This document shows positions 20,643-31,310 of a stretch of DNA of 64,000 bases, piece by piece (the first letter of the stretch is position 1; every line of letters begins with the position of its first letter). Source of the DNA: an uncultured Actinomycetota bacterium. Its GTDB lineage: Bacteria > Actinomycetota > Actinomycetes > JAHEKZ01. Below the pieces are notes generated by a model. The model was not told the DNA's origin. It worked only from the letters and a program-made list of their open reading frames with translations, and made no database searches. The stretch is from contig CAWHIJ010000003.1 in NCBI GenBank assembly GCA_963829525.1, forward strand, positions 1 to 64,000, given 5' to 3'. A program made the position numbers and the translations under genes.

Positions 20643-20721
20643 TTTGTCTCCGTGGGGGTGTGGCTCGTATGAATGCGCCGAAGGTACGTGCCCGACCGTT
20701 CGCGGATCGTTCGTTAATCGA

Positions 20722-23700
20722 TCACCGGGCAGCGAGGTCACCGTCGATGCGTGAGACCAGGGCCAGAGCGCCGTCCGCCTCCGCCTCTGCGCGCGCCTCG
20801 CGCAGCAGATCGGCCGCCTCGTGCTCGGGCACCAGCCCCGCCATGAGCCGCAGCAGCTCGGGAACCCACCAGCGGTCGTCGTTGCGCGCCGCGACCTCCA
20901 GCGCGGCATCCAGGCTGGCCAGCCCCGCGACCGCGTCCCCGGAGTCCACCTGAAGCTCGGCCAGCAGGGACAGGTAGTACGGCTGCCGAGCCAAGGCCCC
21001 CTGAGCGGCCAGGGTGGCCAACCCCTGCTCGATCATCTGGATGCCACTCTCACCGCCGACGCACCACCCGGTCAGGATCACGCCCCACTCGCGGTAATAC
21101 GCGAAGTCGTATCGCTCGCACAGCTCGATGGTGCGCGCGGCCAGGTGCCGCGTCGTCTCGACGTCGCGCCGTAACTGGTGGGTGATGGATCCATAGGCGA
21201 GCGCCACAGCCAGGCTGTAGGGCTGCTCGACCTCTTCTGCTCTGGCGATGGCCCAGTTGGCCCAGTGCGCCGCCTCGTCCTCACGGCCCAGTGCCCACAA
21301 CGAGTGCGCACACCACGCGCGGGCGTGCACCTCGGGGCGAGTACCCACGATGGACGGTGGATAGGCCAGCGACAGCTCGTGGGCGCGAGCGAAGTGCTCG
21401 ACGGCCAGACTGTGCAGGCCCAACTCAGATGCCGGACCCCCGAGCGCGAAGTGCGCCTGCCCGGCAACGTCCGGGAAGTCGTCGCTGAGCGCCAGTGCCT
21501 GTTCACCGATCCGGAAGGACTCTCGGATGTCGCCCTGCACAAAACGCACCCCGAACAGCCCCACCAGAGTCAGCAGCTGCAGTCGGCGCTCCCCCTGGCG
21601 CTGAGCGAGCTCTGCCGACCGCTCGAGGTTCGCCCGCAGGGTGGGCGATGCGTATCCCTCGAGCGCGTTCAGCGGTGAGGACAGCGCATGCCGCAATGAC
21701 AGCTCGAGCCGGTCGCGCTCGCGTCCGGCCGCGATGTTGTCCAGGAGCTCGATCGCTCGCTGGTAGCGGCGCACTGCGTCGGCGAACGCGAACACCTCCG
21801 TCGATCCTTCAGCGGCAAGGACATAGCTGCGCACGGCCCGCTTCGAGGAGTGCGCGCGGTCATACTGCTCGGCCAGACTCGCCGCCACAGAACGCTGGTC
21901 GCCGGCGGCGAGCAACTCGATCGCCTGTGCGATCCTCCGGTGCACCAGCGGTCGCGCTGGCCCAGGGATCTGTTCGTAGGCGGCGTCCCGCAGCAGGTCG
22001 TGCGTGAAGTCGTAACTGCCGGGTGCGCCATCCTTGATGATGCGGCGACGCCACAGCTCGTCGACGGAGTCCACGATGACGTCCTCGTGGTAGTCGCTCG
22101 CCTCGGTGAGCAGCTCGACGCCGAACTCGCGGCCGAACGCCGCGGCCAATCCTGCGACCTCGCGAGAGGGCGTCGACACCTCCTGCAGGCGAGAGTGCAA
22201 CACAGCGCGAACCCGCGGGAGGTGCCCCACCTCGCTGGCACTCGGCTCTTGCCACTTCTGGCTGCGCGCGGCCTCGATGACGAAGAGCGGGATGCCACCG
22301 GTCGCCTCGTGCCAGCGTCTGGCGTCTTCGTGGGACACCGTGGTGCCGAGGACCGCGCCGGCCAGTGAGCCGGTGGCCTCGACAGCCAGTGGCGGCAGCT
22401 CGGTCTCGACGACGCGTCCGGCAGCGCGCAGGTGCTGGATCGTTGACGCCAGCTCAGGGTTACCCGGCATCTGCTCATCGCGGACGCCGGCGAGCACTTG
22501 AACTGGTTGACCGTCGGCCATCTCGAGGAACAGCGGCAGCCACGACAGCGTCTCTGAGTCACACCACTGCAGGTCATCAAGGACGAGAAGCGTCGGCGAG
22601 GTCGAAAGCAAAGCGTGGGTCAACCCCTGGAAGAAGTGGTGCCGCTGCCACGCATCGATCATCGGGATCGGCGGTGCTGCCCTGCGCTGCCCGGCTTCGG
22701 GTGGCAGAAGTCGTTCAACCTCCGAGCGCCACTCTTGCGGCAGTTCGCGCCGCTCTGCCCTGATCGGCTCTGACCCCAGCCACTCGGCCACGGGTCCGAG
22801 GGAAATGCGTCCGGGCCCCGCGTAGCAGCGTGCGACGGCGACCCGATCACCGTTCGCCTGAGCCTGCTCGACCACCTCGCGCAGCAGGCGGCTCTTGCCC
22901 ATGCCAGCCTCGCCGCGCAGCAGATGCAGAGGCTCTGCGCCGGCGCCGACGCTGTTGCGCCACAGATACAAGGAGGCGAGCTCGCGTTCGCGCCCCACCA
23001 GAGCGGGGTCGCCCGCGTTGCGGTGGATGGGCACCGGTGTGACCGTGGTGGGCTGTCTTGCGCTCACGAGCTTGTCGTAGAGCGCGACCGTTGCCTCGTC
23101 GGGTTCGACATCAAGCTCTTTGTCGAGCACCGCAACGCAGCGGTGATAAGTCTGCAGGGCAGCGGCCCGGTCACCGGCGCGTGCCTGCAGGCGCATCAGC
23201 TCGCGGTAGGACGTCTCTTGCATCGGCTCCAGCACCAAGCGTTGCTCAGCGTGCGCGAGCGCCTGGCTGATGGTGTCGGCCTCCTCCAGCGCAACCAGCC
23301 GGTCGAGCAGCTGCACGCACCGGCGATGCAACGCCTCGCGCTCTTTCAGCACCCACTCCGCTGTCGAGCCCGGAAGCAGGTCTCCCCCGTAGCTCCTCAC
23401 TGCCTTGGTCGCATGGGCCTCGAACGACGGGCCGTCTTCGGACCTTCCGGCTTCGGAAGCCCTAGCCGCTTCGAGGACGAAGTCGGAGACGTCACACGTC
23501 TCGGCCGGCCTGGGGTTCCACGTGACGGTGCGGGCGTCCGAGGTGATGGCGGAGTCCGCGCCGAGGACTGCTCGCAGGTGATGCAGCTCGCGACGCAGGT
23601 TGGTCAGGGCCTGTGCGTCGGTCGAGTCCGGCCAGAGGGCGGCCGCAATCTGCGCGCGTGGCTGCGGCTCGTTGGGGTGGAGGGCCAGGTAGGCGATGAT

Positions 23701-23787
23701 CTCGACCGACCGCCGCGCGATCGAGCCGACCAGCGAGCCACCGTCAAGGGTCAGCCGCTGGTCGCCGAGCAGTGAGATCTGCAGCAC
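20722..23787 (-). CDS. SARP/BTAD-domain AAA ATPase transcriptional regulator with TPRs
   Basis: LWPDS..QALTNLRRELHHLR, LVGRERE, GEAGMGKSRL, LDDLQWCD, FTHDLLRD. Confidence 0.88.
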   Translation of the reverse strand: MLQISLLGDQRLTLDGGSLVGSIARRSVEIIAYLALHPNEPQPRAQIAAALWPDSTDAQALTNLRRELHHLRAVLGADSAITSDARTVTWNPRPAETCDVSDFVLEAARASEAGRSEDGPSFEAHATKAVRSYGGDLLPGSTAEWVLKEREALHRRCVQLLDRLVALEEADTISQALAHAEQRLVLEPMQETSYRELMRLQARAGDRAAALQTYHRCVAVLDKELDVEPDEATVALYDKLVSARQPTTVTPVPIHRNAGDPALVGRERELASLYLWRNSVGAGAEPLHLLRGEAGMGKSRLLREVVEQAQANGDRVAVARCYAGPGRISLGPVAEWLGSEPIRAERRELPQEWRSEVERLLPPEAGQRRAAPPIPMIDAWQRHHFFQGLTHALLSTSPTLLVLDDLQWCDSETLSWLPLFLEMADGQPVQVLAGVRDEQMPGNPELASTIQHLRAAGRVVETELPPLAVEATGSLAGAVLGTTVSHEDARRWHEATGGIPLFVIEAARSQKWQEPSASEVGHLPRVRAVLHSRLQEVSTPSREVAGLAAAFGREFGVELLTEASDYHEDVIVDSVDELWRRRIIKDGAPGSYDFTHDLLRDAAYEQIPGPARPLVHRRIAQAIELLAAGDQRSVAASLAEQYDRAHSSKRAVRSYVLAAEGSTEVFAFADAVRRYQRAIELLDNIAAGRERDRLELSLRHALSSPLNALEGYASPTLRANLERSAELAQRQGERRLQLLTLVGLFGVRFVQGDIRESFRIGEQALALSDDFPDVAGQAHFALGGPASELGLHSLAVEHFARAHELSLAYPPSIVGTRPEVHARAWCAHSLWALGREDEAAHWANWAIARAEEVEQPYSLAVALAYGSITHQLRRDVETTRHLAARTIELCERYDFAYYREWGVILTGWCVGGESGIQMIEQGLATLAAQGALARQPYYLSLLAELQVDSGDAVAGLASLDAALEVAARNDDRWWVPELLRLMAGLVPEHEAADLLREARAEAEADGALALVSRIDGDLAAR

Positions 23788-23935
23788 AGTCGCCGCCCAA
23801 TGCGGGGGTGGACGCCGGTGGGGCGGCGTCAGGGGCTCAGGCTAGACGCCGAACGCCTAGTCGTACAGGGTGCGAGACGGTCCAAGCACCGCCTGTGCGC
23901 GCATCCGATGCCAGTCCTCGGCGTCCCGCAGAGCG

Positions 23936-24772
23936 TCAGTCGACGAGCGCCGCGGTGACGGCGGACGCGTTCGCCTGCACCCATGCTTCCGCGCGCGGCA
24001 TCTTCGCAGCGACGCCCTCGTCCCAGAAGCGGCGGAACACCGGGTCGACCTTCGCGGCCTCGCGCGCCGACAGGTGGGAGTTGTGCACCATGTCGATGGC
24101 GAGCGGCATCAGGCCTGTCCGCTGATCGGCATCCATGCCATAGGCGTCGGCGAACAGGGCAACGCGGGCCGGTACGTCGGCGTCCCGCAGCGCGGGGGCG
24201 CGGTCGAGCGGGTCCAGCAGCTGCGCCCACCAGTAGAGCGCATTAACGATGTCGCAGACGCGCGTTGTTGGGCGCGCGAGGTCGAAGTCGATCAGCGCCG
24301 CCGGCAGTCCGTCGCGGAAGACGACGTTGCCGGGGCAGTAGTCGCGGTGCGACACCAGCTCGGGGGCGACGAACAGTGGCCGGGTGTCTGGGTGCTGACG
24401 TCCAGGGATCGCGCCCCATACCGCGTCGGCCGGTGGCTCCCAGCCTTGCGCGGCATCGTGCAGACGGCGGATCAGCCGCGCTAGCGCGACCAGCACCTCG
24501 TCGCTGCACGCGTCGTCCGGCAGCGGCTCGCGTGGGACGTCACCGGCGACGAACGACAGCACCTCGCGGCCCTCCGCGTCGACGCCCATCGGAGTCGGTG
24601 CGCCGTCGAAGCCTCGCGCGTGAAGGTGGGCGAGGAACACCTGCACCGTGAGCGAGAACGGCCGCAGCGGCCGCCGCACGGTGTCGCCGACGCGGACGAT
24701 GCCTGGTGTGACGCCGTCGCCGCCGAGCGGGATCTGTTGCTCGCGGTCGGCGTTCTCGCGATCGGCGTCCAC
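23936..24772 (-). CDS. Aminoglycoside phosphotransferase-like (APH) kinase
   Basis: VRVGDTVRRP, HRDYCPGNVVF, IDFD. Confidence 0.8.
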   Translation of the reverse strand: MDADRENADREQQIPLGGDGVTPGIVRVGDTVRRPLRPFSLTVQVFLAHLHARGFDGAPTPMGVDAEGREVLSFVAGDVPREPLPDDACSDEVLVALARLIRRLHDAAQGWEPPADAVWGAIPGRQHPDTRPLFVAPELVSHRDYCPGNVVFRDGLPAALIDFDLARPTTRVCDIVNALYWWAQLLDPLDRAPALRDADVPARVALFADAYGMDADQRTGLMPLAIDMVHNSHLSAREAAKVDPVFRRFWDEGVAAKMPRAEAWVQANASAVTAALVD

Positions 24773-24832
24773 GAAGCATTCCTACCGCAGGATGACCACC
24801 GGCGGCCTCGCAGTGCGTGCGAGCCGTCGGTG

Positions 24833-25405
24833 CTACAGAACGATGCCGCGCGGAGCGGCCAGCGATTCAAGCCGGAGCACCTCTTCGGCCTTGGCCACCG
24901 TGCGCAGCCAGTCGTAGGCCACCGCTTTGGTGCCAAGCAGCTCGATGTCGGCGTCACGGAGACGGCTGAGCCCCTGCTCGTGACCGACACCCGGCGACGT
25001 CACCGCGTCGAAGATCACGACCACCTTCCAGCCGGCGTCCTGCAGCCCAAGCGCCGACTGAGCGACGCAGACGTCGGTCTCGAGGCCGACGAGAACAGCG
25101 GTGCGGCGACCGATGGCTTCGAGGTCGGCGAGGATCTCGGGGGTGCCGGTCAGGCTGAAGGTGGGCTTGACGTGGCGTTTGGAGTTCGGCGGAAGCGCGT
25201 TGCGGATCGGTTTGGCAGTGGGGTCGTTGCGCTCCGGCTCCTCCTCGGTGACCCTCACCGGGATCTCGAGCACTCCCGCGAGCGTCACCAGCCACCGGAT
25301 GCGGTCCACCACGTCAGCGGCAACCTCGGCGTCCACCTTGTTGAGGAAGCCGGCTTGCGCGTCAATGACCACGAGCACGCAGTCGTCGCGATCGAGGAGT
25401 GGCAT
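24833..25405 (-). CDS. Isochorismatase family hydrolase
   Basis: LVVIDAQ, KPTFS, GLETDVCVAQSA. Confidence 0.85.
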   Translation of the reverse strand: MPLLDRDDCVLVVIDAQAGFLNKVDAEVAADVVDRIRWLVTLAGVLEIPVRVTEEEPERNDPTAKPIRNALPPNSKRHVKPTFSLTGTPEILADLEAIGRRTAVLVGLETDVCVAQSALGLQDAGWKVVVIFDAVTSPGVGHEQGLSRLRDADIELLGTKAVAYDWLRTVAKAEEVLRLESLAAPRGIVL

Positions 25406-25651
25406 AGCGCCACTGTCGCACACCGGCGTCGCAGCAACCCCCTCGTGGACGTTCGCGATCATTCAGCAACATTGACACCTAACTCGTTCCGAATGTCCGT
25501 TTAGGACTCTTGGCAGCGCTGCTCCGCTGCCCTACGTTCACTCCATAGCTCTGTCCGGGGGATCAGTCGCTCAGCATCTCGTCGATCGCAGCCATCGTGC
25601 GTTCAGGTGAGGACGGCAGCGCCCATGCGTGACGAGAGAGGCGACCGAATC

Positions 25652-28600
25652 GTGAGAAGCACACACAGCCAACGCCCTGACGTGGATCGCTCGAGATCTC
25701 CGCGCTCAGGTTTGGCGGCAGCATTGGTCTTAGCGGTCGTCGTGGGAGTGCTGGGTTTTGCTCCCTCCGCGTGGGCCGCCAGCATCACGGTGACGACGAC
25801 TGCCGACGAGTACGATACGGCCGGTTCGGGAGCCGGCTGCTCCCTTCGAGAAGCGATCACGTCGGCGAACAATGACGCCCAGTTCGGCGGTTGCGCTGCC
25901 GGCTCCGGGGCTGACGTCATCAACTTCGCCGTCAACGGAACCTTCGCGATCACTCGAAACCCGGGGCCGGACGAGAACTCGAATGTCAGCGGCGACTTCG
26001 ACCTGTTGAGCAACGTCACCATTTCGGGCAACGGTGCCGGGGTCACCATAATCGACGGGCTCAGCGCCGACCGCGTGCTCGACGCTGCCCCCCTCGGCGG
26101 AGCTGCCATCACGGTCGGGCTGTCCGGAGTCACGATCCGGAACGGCAAGGCCTTCAGCGACAACTTCAACGTCGGCGGCGGCATGTACATCAGCGGCAGC
26201 GTCACCGCCACCATCGCCAATAGCATAATCGCCAACAACCAGTCGGTCGCGAGTTCTGGCGGCGCCATCGAGAACCGCGGATCGCTGAGCCTGAACTCGG
26301 TCACCATGCAGGGCAACAGCGCCTTCGCTCTGGGAGGCGCCATCAACAACATCGGTGCGCTGACGGTCAGCAACAGCTCGTTCACAAGCAACTCGGCTGA
26401 GAGCGGTGGGGCCTTGTTCATCAACACCGATGCAGCCAAGTCTGTGACCGTCGACAGCAGCACGTTCAGCTCAAACTCGACGACGCTCAGAGCTGGCGGC
26501 ATCGGCGATGACGGCGGCGCAATCGCAGCCAACACCGATGGTGCCGTGACCATCAGCCGCAGCACGTTCACGAGCAACTCCGCGGTCGGCAACGGCGGCG
26601 CCATCTATTTCGGTGATTCGGCGACCCAGGCCGCCGTCGGATCGTTGGGACTCAGCTTCAACCGCATCGTCGGCAACACCGCCGCTGGTCCCGGTAGCGG
26701 CCTCTACCGGGCTTCGGGCACCGTGACCGCTGAGAACAACTGGTGGGGCTGCAATGCAGGCCCTGGCAGTGCCGGATGTCAGACAACGTCCGGCACTGTC
26801 GACAGCAATCCGTGGCTGCAACTCAGCCACACCGCAACACCTGCCACGATCGCGTCCGGAGAGACTTCGACGCTCACGGCGTCCATGGCGACGAACTCGG
26901 CGGGATCTGCGATCGCCGCGGCCGACCTCGTGGCACTGGTCGGCCTCGGGGTGTCGTTCAGCAACGCGTCCGGTGGCACATTGTCGAACGCCGGGACGGC
27001 ACTCTCTGCCAACGGCACCGCCACGGCAACGTTCACCGCGGGCTCCCAGCCCGGCCCGGCCAGCGCCGCCGCAACAATCGACGGCCAGGGCGCTACGGCG
27101 TCGCTGCAGGTCGAGGGAGATTTCGGGCCAACAGTGACCACGCAGCCTGCTGACCAGACGGTGGACAAGGGTGACAACGCCACATTCACCGCCGCCGCGG
27201 ACGGCTCGCCGGCACCCACCGTTCAGTGGCAAGTTTCCACTGACGGTGGCGGGACATGGGGCAACCTTGCAGGCGCAACGAGCACGACGCTCAACGTCGC
27301 CACCACCCAAGACGACAACGGCAACAAGTACCGGGCCGTGTTCACCAACAGCCTGGGGACCGCCACGTCCGACGCGGCAACTCTCACGGTGCTGTATCAG
27401 GACGTCACCATCAGCCGAGAGGTCTCCGCAGCCACGGTGCCAGCAGGAGATCCGGTTGGTTACACGATCACTATCTCGAGCACCGGAACCCTCGAATCTC
27501 CGCCCGTCCACTTGCTGAGCTCGCTTCCCACGCGCCCCGGTATGTCGTGGACGGTCAACGAACCCGCCGGCGTCATGTGCACCCTTACGCCGGGAGTCTC
27601 AGAAACCGCCGTCGACTGCTCCACCCCACCCATCCCCGCGGGCGAGTCGATCAACCTGCCCTTTACGAGTCCCACCACGACGGAGTCGTGCGGAACGCTG
27701 ACGTACATCCCCGGGGTGACGACTGAAATCACCTGCCCGAAGCTGGCGCAGACGATCACGTTCTCGCTGCCGAGCAGCGCCACCTACGGCGACGCGCCCA
27801 TTACCCTCACGGGCAGCGCGTCATCCGGGCTGCCGGTGACCTACTCCGTCGCGCCGGACGAGGATGCATGTTCGGTCTCGGGCACCAGGCTCACGATCCT
27901 GCACGCCGGCACCTGCACCGTGACGGCCGCACAGGCGGGCAACGACGAGTACGACGCCGCAGCGTCCGTGGCGGACGAACTGAGAATCCGACAGCTGTTC
28001 GTGTCCCTCTTCCTGAGGGCGCCATCTCAACTGATGTACGCCGAGTCCGCGAGGCTCGAAGTGACGGCACTCCACGGCAACACTCCGACCAGCGTCACGT
28101 ATAGCACGACCACACCTGCCCTCTGCGAAGTGTTCAACGGCCGAGTTGGCGGTGTGAAGGCTCTGGCTGCATCGGGTACCTGCGAGGTCCGTGTTGAGGC
28201 AGAGAACACTCGCGACATCGCGTACGGGTCCGACACAGCCACAATCACGCTGATCAAGGCCAACCAGACGATCAGCTTCGGCGCACTGCCCGATCTTACG
28301 TTCGGCGAGCCCGACTTCACGGTGAGCGCGACCGCGACCAGCTCGTTACCTGTCTCGTTCTCGGCGTCGGGTGACTGCACGGTGTCGGGCAACCAGGTCC
28401 ATCTGACCGGCGCCGGAACCTGCACAATCACCGCGTCGCAAGCAGGCGACGACAACTACAACGCGGCGACCGACGTCAGTCAGTCGTTCGAGATTGCGCC
28501 AGACATCACGCTCAACGACCCGACTCCGCAGCCCGTGCAGTACAGCGACGAGCTGACAGTGTCTGCTGACGTGAAGGGTGGCCTGGCCGGCTCGGTGGCC

Positions 28601-29587
28601 TTCGACGTCGACGGCTCGCCCTTCTGCACCGCCGACGTGGTCGCCGGGACGGCTGAGTGCAGCGATGAGGTCATCCTGCCGGCCGGCACATACGACCTGG
28701 ACGCCACGTTCGCGCCGACGGACACCACGCGCACCGGCGGTACGGCCTCCGGCAGCGTGACAGTGTCCACCGAGGACGCGGAGGTCGCCTACACCGGCCC
28801 ACTCTTCGTGTCGACCGGCTCGGCCACCGCGACTTCCACGAGCGTCACGCTGAACGGAAGGGTGACCGAGGCCGCCGACGGAGACCTTGGTGACCTGTCG
28901 AAGGCGAAGGTGACGTTCTACCTCTTCCGGAGTACGAACGTCGGTGGAGTCGCCAACCTCACCGTCAACGGCACCGTGGCGACAGACGGAACCGTGACCG
29001 CGACGATCCCGAATCTTGGCGTCGACAACTGGGTTGTGATCCCGCGCTTTAACACCTCAGCGCCGGCATACTTCGACGGATCTGACGGTGACGCGATGGT
29101 GCTGACTGTCTACGCGCCGACAACCGGGATCTGGGCCACCGGAGGCGGGTGGGTCACTGACCCCGGAACCAACAACATCCCGGTGGCGATCGACCCGACG
29201 AACACCCACGGCAACTTCGGCTTCAACGTCCGCTACAAGTCAGGGACCACACCCAGCGGACAGTCGGTGTTCGTGTTCCATGGAGCCAACGGGTACGACT
29301 ACGTCGTGAAGTCGAACTCCTGGAAGGGCGGCGGAGCCGCCTTCACTACGACGGGTGCCAGTTTCTCGGGCAAAGCCGCGGTAACGGTGTTCAACCCCGC
29401 GACGAGCACCGTGGTGAGCGGACTCGGCGGTGGCAACTTCACTTACCGCGTCGATGTCCGCGACGGAGCCACTGACTCGTACGCGATCAGCGTGTACGAC
29501 TCCCGTGGAAAGCTGTACCACCAGGCCGGTACGACCTCCGTGCCACTTCCGCTGAAGGGTGGCAACATCACCGTCCACGCGAAGTAG
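25652..29587 (+). CDS. Large secreted/surface protein: CSLREA domain, beta-helix GGAI repeats, multiple Ig-like domains
   Basis: Signal peptide, literal CSLREA, repeated F..N.A..GGAI, TVTTQPADQTV, two QTI.F..G..SSGLPV modules. Confidence 0.82.
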   Translation: MRSTHSQRPDVDRSRSPRSGLAAALVLAVVVGVLGFAPSAWAASITVTTTADEYDTAGSGAGCSLREAITSANNDAQFGGCAAGSGADVINFAVNGTFAITRNPGPDENSNVSGDFDLLSNVTISGNGAGVTIIDGLSADRVLDAAPLGGAAITVGLSGVTIRNGKAFSDNFNVGGGMYISGSVTATIANSIIANNQSVASSGGAIENRGSLSLNSVTMQGNSAFALGGAINNIGALTVSNSSFTSNSAESGGALFINTDAAKSVTVDSSTFSSNSTTLRAGGIGDDGGAIAANTDGAVTISRSTFTSNSAVGNGGAIYFGDSATQAAVGSLGLSFNRIVGNTAAGPGSGLYRASGTVTAENNWWGCNAGPGSAGCQTTSGTVDSNPWLQLSHTATPATIASGETSTLTASMATNSAGSAIAAADLVALVGLGVSFSNASGGTLSNAGTALSANGTATATFTAGSQPGPASAAATIDGQGATASLQVEGDFGPTVTTQPADQTVDKGDNATFTAAADGSPAPTVQWQVSTDGGGTWGNLAGATSTTLNVATTQDDNGNKYRAVFTNSLGTATSDAATLTVLYQDVTISREVSAATVPAGDPVGYTITISSTGTLESPPVHLLSSLPTRPGMSWTVNEPAGVMCTLTPGVSETAVDCSTPPIPAGESINLPFTSPTTTESCGTLTYIPGVTTEITCPKLAQTITFSLPSSATYGDAPITLTGSASSGLPVTYSVAPDEDACSVSGTRLTILHAGTCTVTAAQAGNDEYDAAASVADELRIRQLFVSLFLRAPSQLMYAESARLEVTALHGNTPTSVTYSTTTPALCEVFNGRVGGVKALAASGTCEVRVEAENTRDIAYGSDTATITLIKANQTISFGALPDLTFGEPDFTVSATATSSLPVSFSASGDCTVSGNQVHLTGAGTCTITASQAGDDNYNAATDVSQSFEIAPDITLNDPTPQPVQYSDELTVSADVKGGLAGSVAFDVDGSPFCTADVVAGTAECSDEVILPAGTYDLDATFAPTDTTRTGGTASGSVTVSTEDAEVAYTGPLFVSTGSATATSTSVTLNGRVTEAADGDLGDLSKAKVTFYLFRSTNVGGVANLTVNGTVATDGTVTATIPNLGVDNWVVIPRFNTSAPAYFDGSDGDAMVLTVYAPTTGIWATGGGWVTDPGTNNIPVAIDPTNTHGNFGFNVRYKSGTTPSGQSVFVFHGANGYDYVVKSNSWKGGGAAFTTTGASFSGKAAVTVFNPATSTVVSGLGGGNFTYRVDVRDGATDSYAISVYDSRGKLYHQAGTTSVPLPLKGGNITVHAK

Positions 29588-29619
29588 GCGGCGCGCCGCG
29601 GCGCCAGTCGGGCCAGTGC

Positions 29620-29996
29620 GTCTACCTGTGGCACGAGTAGTCCGCGAGTGGCGAGCGCGGATTGACACTGAGCCCCGGCACCTCACCGCAGACCTGGTAC
29701 GAGACCAGCCACTTGCGGATCTTGCCGTCCTCGGACGCCCCTCGCATGATCGCCAGCAGCCGCGTCCCCTCGGGGTCCCGCGAAATGGGGCCGGCCCACC
29801 CGCTGCTCGAGACATCTGTCTACGCGCCTGACTCTGGATCGACCAGGACGATGCCACCGATGTCATTCCATATGGCGCTGAGAGCCAGCACCGGCTCGGT
29901 CGGGTGCCAGGCCAGGCGCGCATCACTGACGGCGTCCACAAGTGGCTCGGCCACCAAGGAGCCGGCCGGGCGCAGGTAGACGCTGCTGTACGTCAT
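29620..29996 (-). pseudogene. Possible beta-propeller gene remnant with in-frame TAG at 29820-29822
   Basis: LAWHPTEPVLAL..GIVLVDPESG*..SRDPEGTRLLA reads through the stop; boundaries uncertain. Confidence 0.3.
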
Positions 29997-30029
29997 CAGC
30001 CCGCCGAACCCGCCCTCTTTGGTGGCGGA

Positions 30030-30407
30030 CTACGGCGTCCACAGGCAGAAGGGATGCCCCACCGGATCGAGCAGGACGCGGACGTCGTCCTGCGGCTGGA
30101 ACTCCGCGAGCGTGGCTCCCGCCTCCACCGCGTACGCGACGCCCGCATCGAGATCGTCGACCTCGACGTCCAGGTGCACCTGCATCTGCTGGTCGCCATC
30201 AGTGGCAGGCCAGGTTGGCGGAGTGTGATCGATCTCGCGTTGAAATCCCATGCTGAACGACCACTGCGGATGACGCAGGGTGACCCAGTCGTCCTCCTCG
30301 GCGCCGTAGGCCCACCCGAGCAGGTGTTGGTAGAACGCGGCCAGCGCACGCGGATCAGGGGCACCGAGGACGACGGTGCTCGGTTTGTACGTGGGACGCT
30401 CGGTCAT
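30030..30407 (-). CDS. VOC/glyoxalase family protein
   Basis: DPRALAAFY..LLGW, QMQVHLD, LDPVGHPFCL. Confidence 0.88.
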   Translation of the reverse strand: MTERPTYKPSTVVLGAPDPRALAAFYQHLLGWAYGAEEDDWVTLRHPQWSFSMGFQREIDHTPPTWPATDGDQQMQVHLDVEVDDLDAGVAYAVEAGATLAEFQPQDDVRVLLDPVGHPFCLWTP

Positions 30408-30430
30408 CGCGACATCGTCGCATGGGGATG

Positions 30431-30509
30431 GCACTCGACGAGCCTGCGCGTCAAGCAGCTGTGCACTCGACGAGCCTGCGCGTCAAGCAGCTGTGCACTC
30501 GACGAGCCT
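30431..30509. repeat. Tandem 32-bp repeat x2.5 (GCACTCGACGAGCCTGCGCGTCAAGCAGCTGT), solo member of the DUF559-flanking family
   Basis: Exact units at 30431 and 30463, partial at 30495; shares CGTCAA-N5-TGTGCACTCG.CGAGCC with 60895-60975. Confidence 0.88.
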
Positions 30510-30519
30510 TGCCGGCTTG

Positions 30520-31191
30520 CTAGACGGTCGCGACGAGCTTGACGGACTCCAGCTCCGCGGCGGCGCGCTCGGCGGCGCGCTTAGCCTCGGCCTTCGCCGA
30601 GCGCTTGGCCTGCAGCGTCGGCAGCCAGCCGGCCACCTCGTCGAGCATCGCGTTGGCCGTGCGAAGCGTGATCTCGTCGTTCGGTTTCCCGTCCTCACCG
30701 AACGCGCGTCCGGCAAAGGGGACGATCACGCCGGCGTTGGCCTGCACCAGGCCAAGCTCGACGACGACCTGGCGCAGCTGCATCACCGCGCGCAAGCCAC
30801 CGCTGATCGCGCCGTAGCCGACGATGCCGACCGGCTTGTCGTTCCACTCGTAGTAAAGAGTGTCGAGGGCGTTCTTCAACACGGCCGAGTAGCCGTAGTT
30901 GTACTCCGGTGTCACCAGGATGAACCCGTCCGCCTCGGCCACCTTTGCCGCCCACGCCTGCACCTGGGGGTCGTCGGGCAGCGCGCGCTTCGGCGGGAAG
31001 GGGGAGTCGAAGAAGGGCAGCGGGAAGTCGCGTAGGTCGACGAGCTCGGCGTCCATGTCGGGGCGGGCATCAGCGAGGTCGGTGATCCAGCGCGCCACCT
31101 TCTCGCCGGCCCGGTTCTGCCGGGTCGAGCCGAGAATGACTTGGATGCGGGGGTTGCCTACGGCTGACTCGGCGGGTGGCTCAGTTCTCAC
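30520..31191 (-). CDS. NADPH-dependent FMN reductase
   Basis: ILGSTRQNR, VTPEYNYGYSAVLKNALD, GGLRA. Confidence 0.9.
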   Translation of the reverse strand: MRTEPPAESAVGNPRIQVILGSTRQNRAGEKVARWITDLADARPDMDAELVDLRDFPLPFFDSPFPPKRALPDDPQVQAWAAKVAEADGFILVTPEYNYGYSAVLKNALDTLYYEWNDKPVGIVGYGAISGGLRAVMQLRQVVVELGLVQANAGVIVPFAGRAFGEDGKPNDEITLRTANAMLDEVAGWLPTLQAKRSAKAEAKRAAERAAAELESVKLVATV

Positions 31192-31310
31192 GATGCTCCT
31201 TCAGGGGCGGACGTCGTTCGGTGCGACGATCACAGTCTATGAACGTTCAACTATCTCGCAAGTCGACGCATTCCCCAGGGGCAAGCTCGGACGCTCGAGG
31301 GGCGAGGCCG

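Noticed and set aside
19269-20909. 546-aa start call overlapping the BTAD gene
   Set aside because: RBS and family N-terminus support ATG at 20642
23936-24772. Antibiotic-resistance gene
   Set aside because: Only the generic APH kinase fold is evident; substrate unknown
25472-25650. Riboswitch in the long leader of the CSLREA gene
   Set aside because: No c-di-AMP, c-di-GMP or other aptamer consensus recognised; only a possible TTGGCA-N17-TACGTT promoter at 25510-25538
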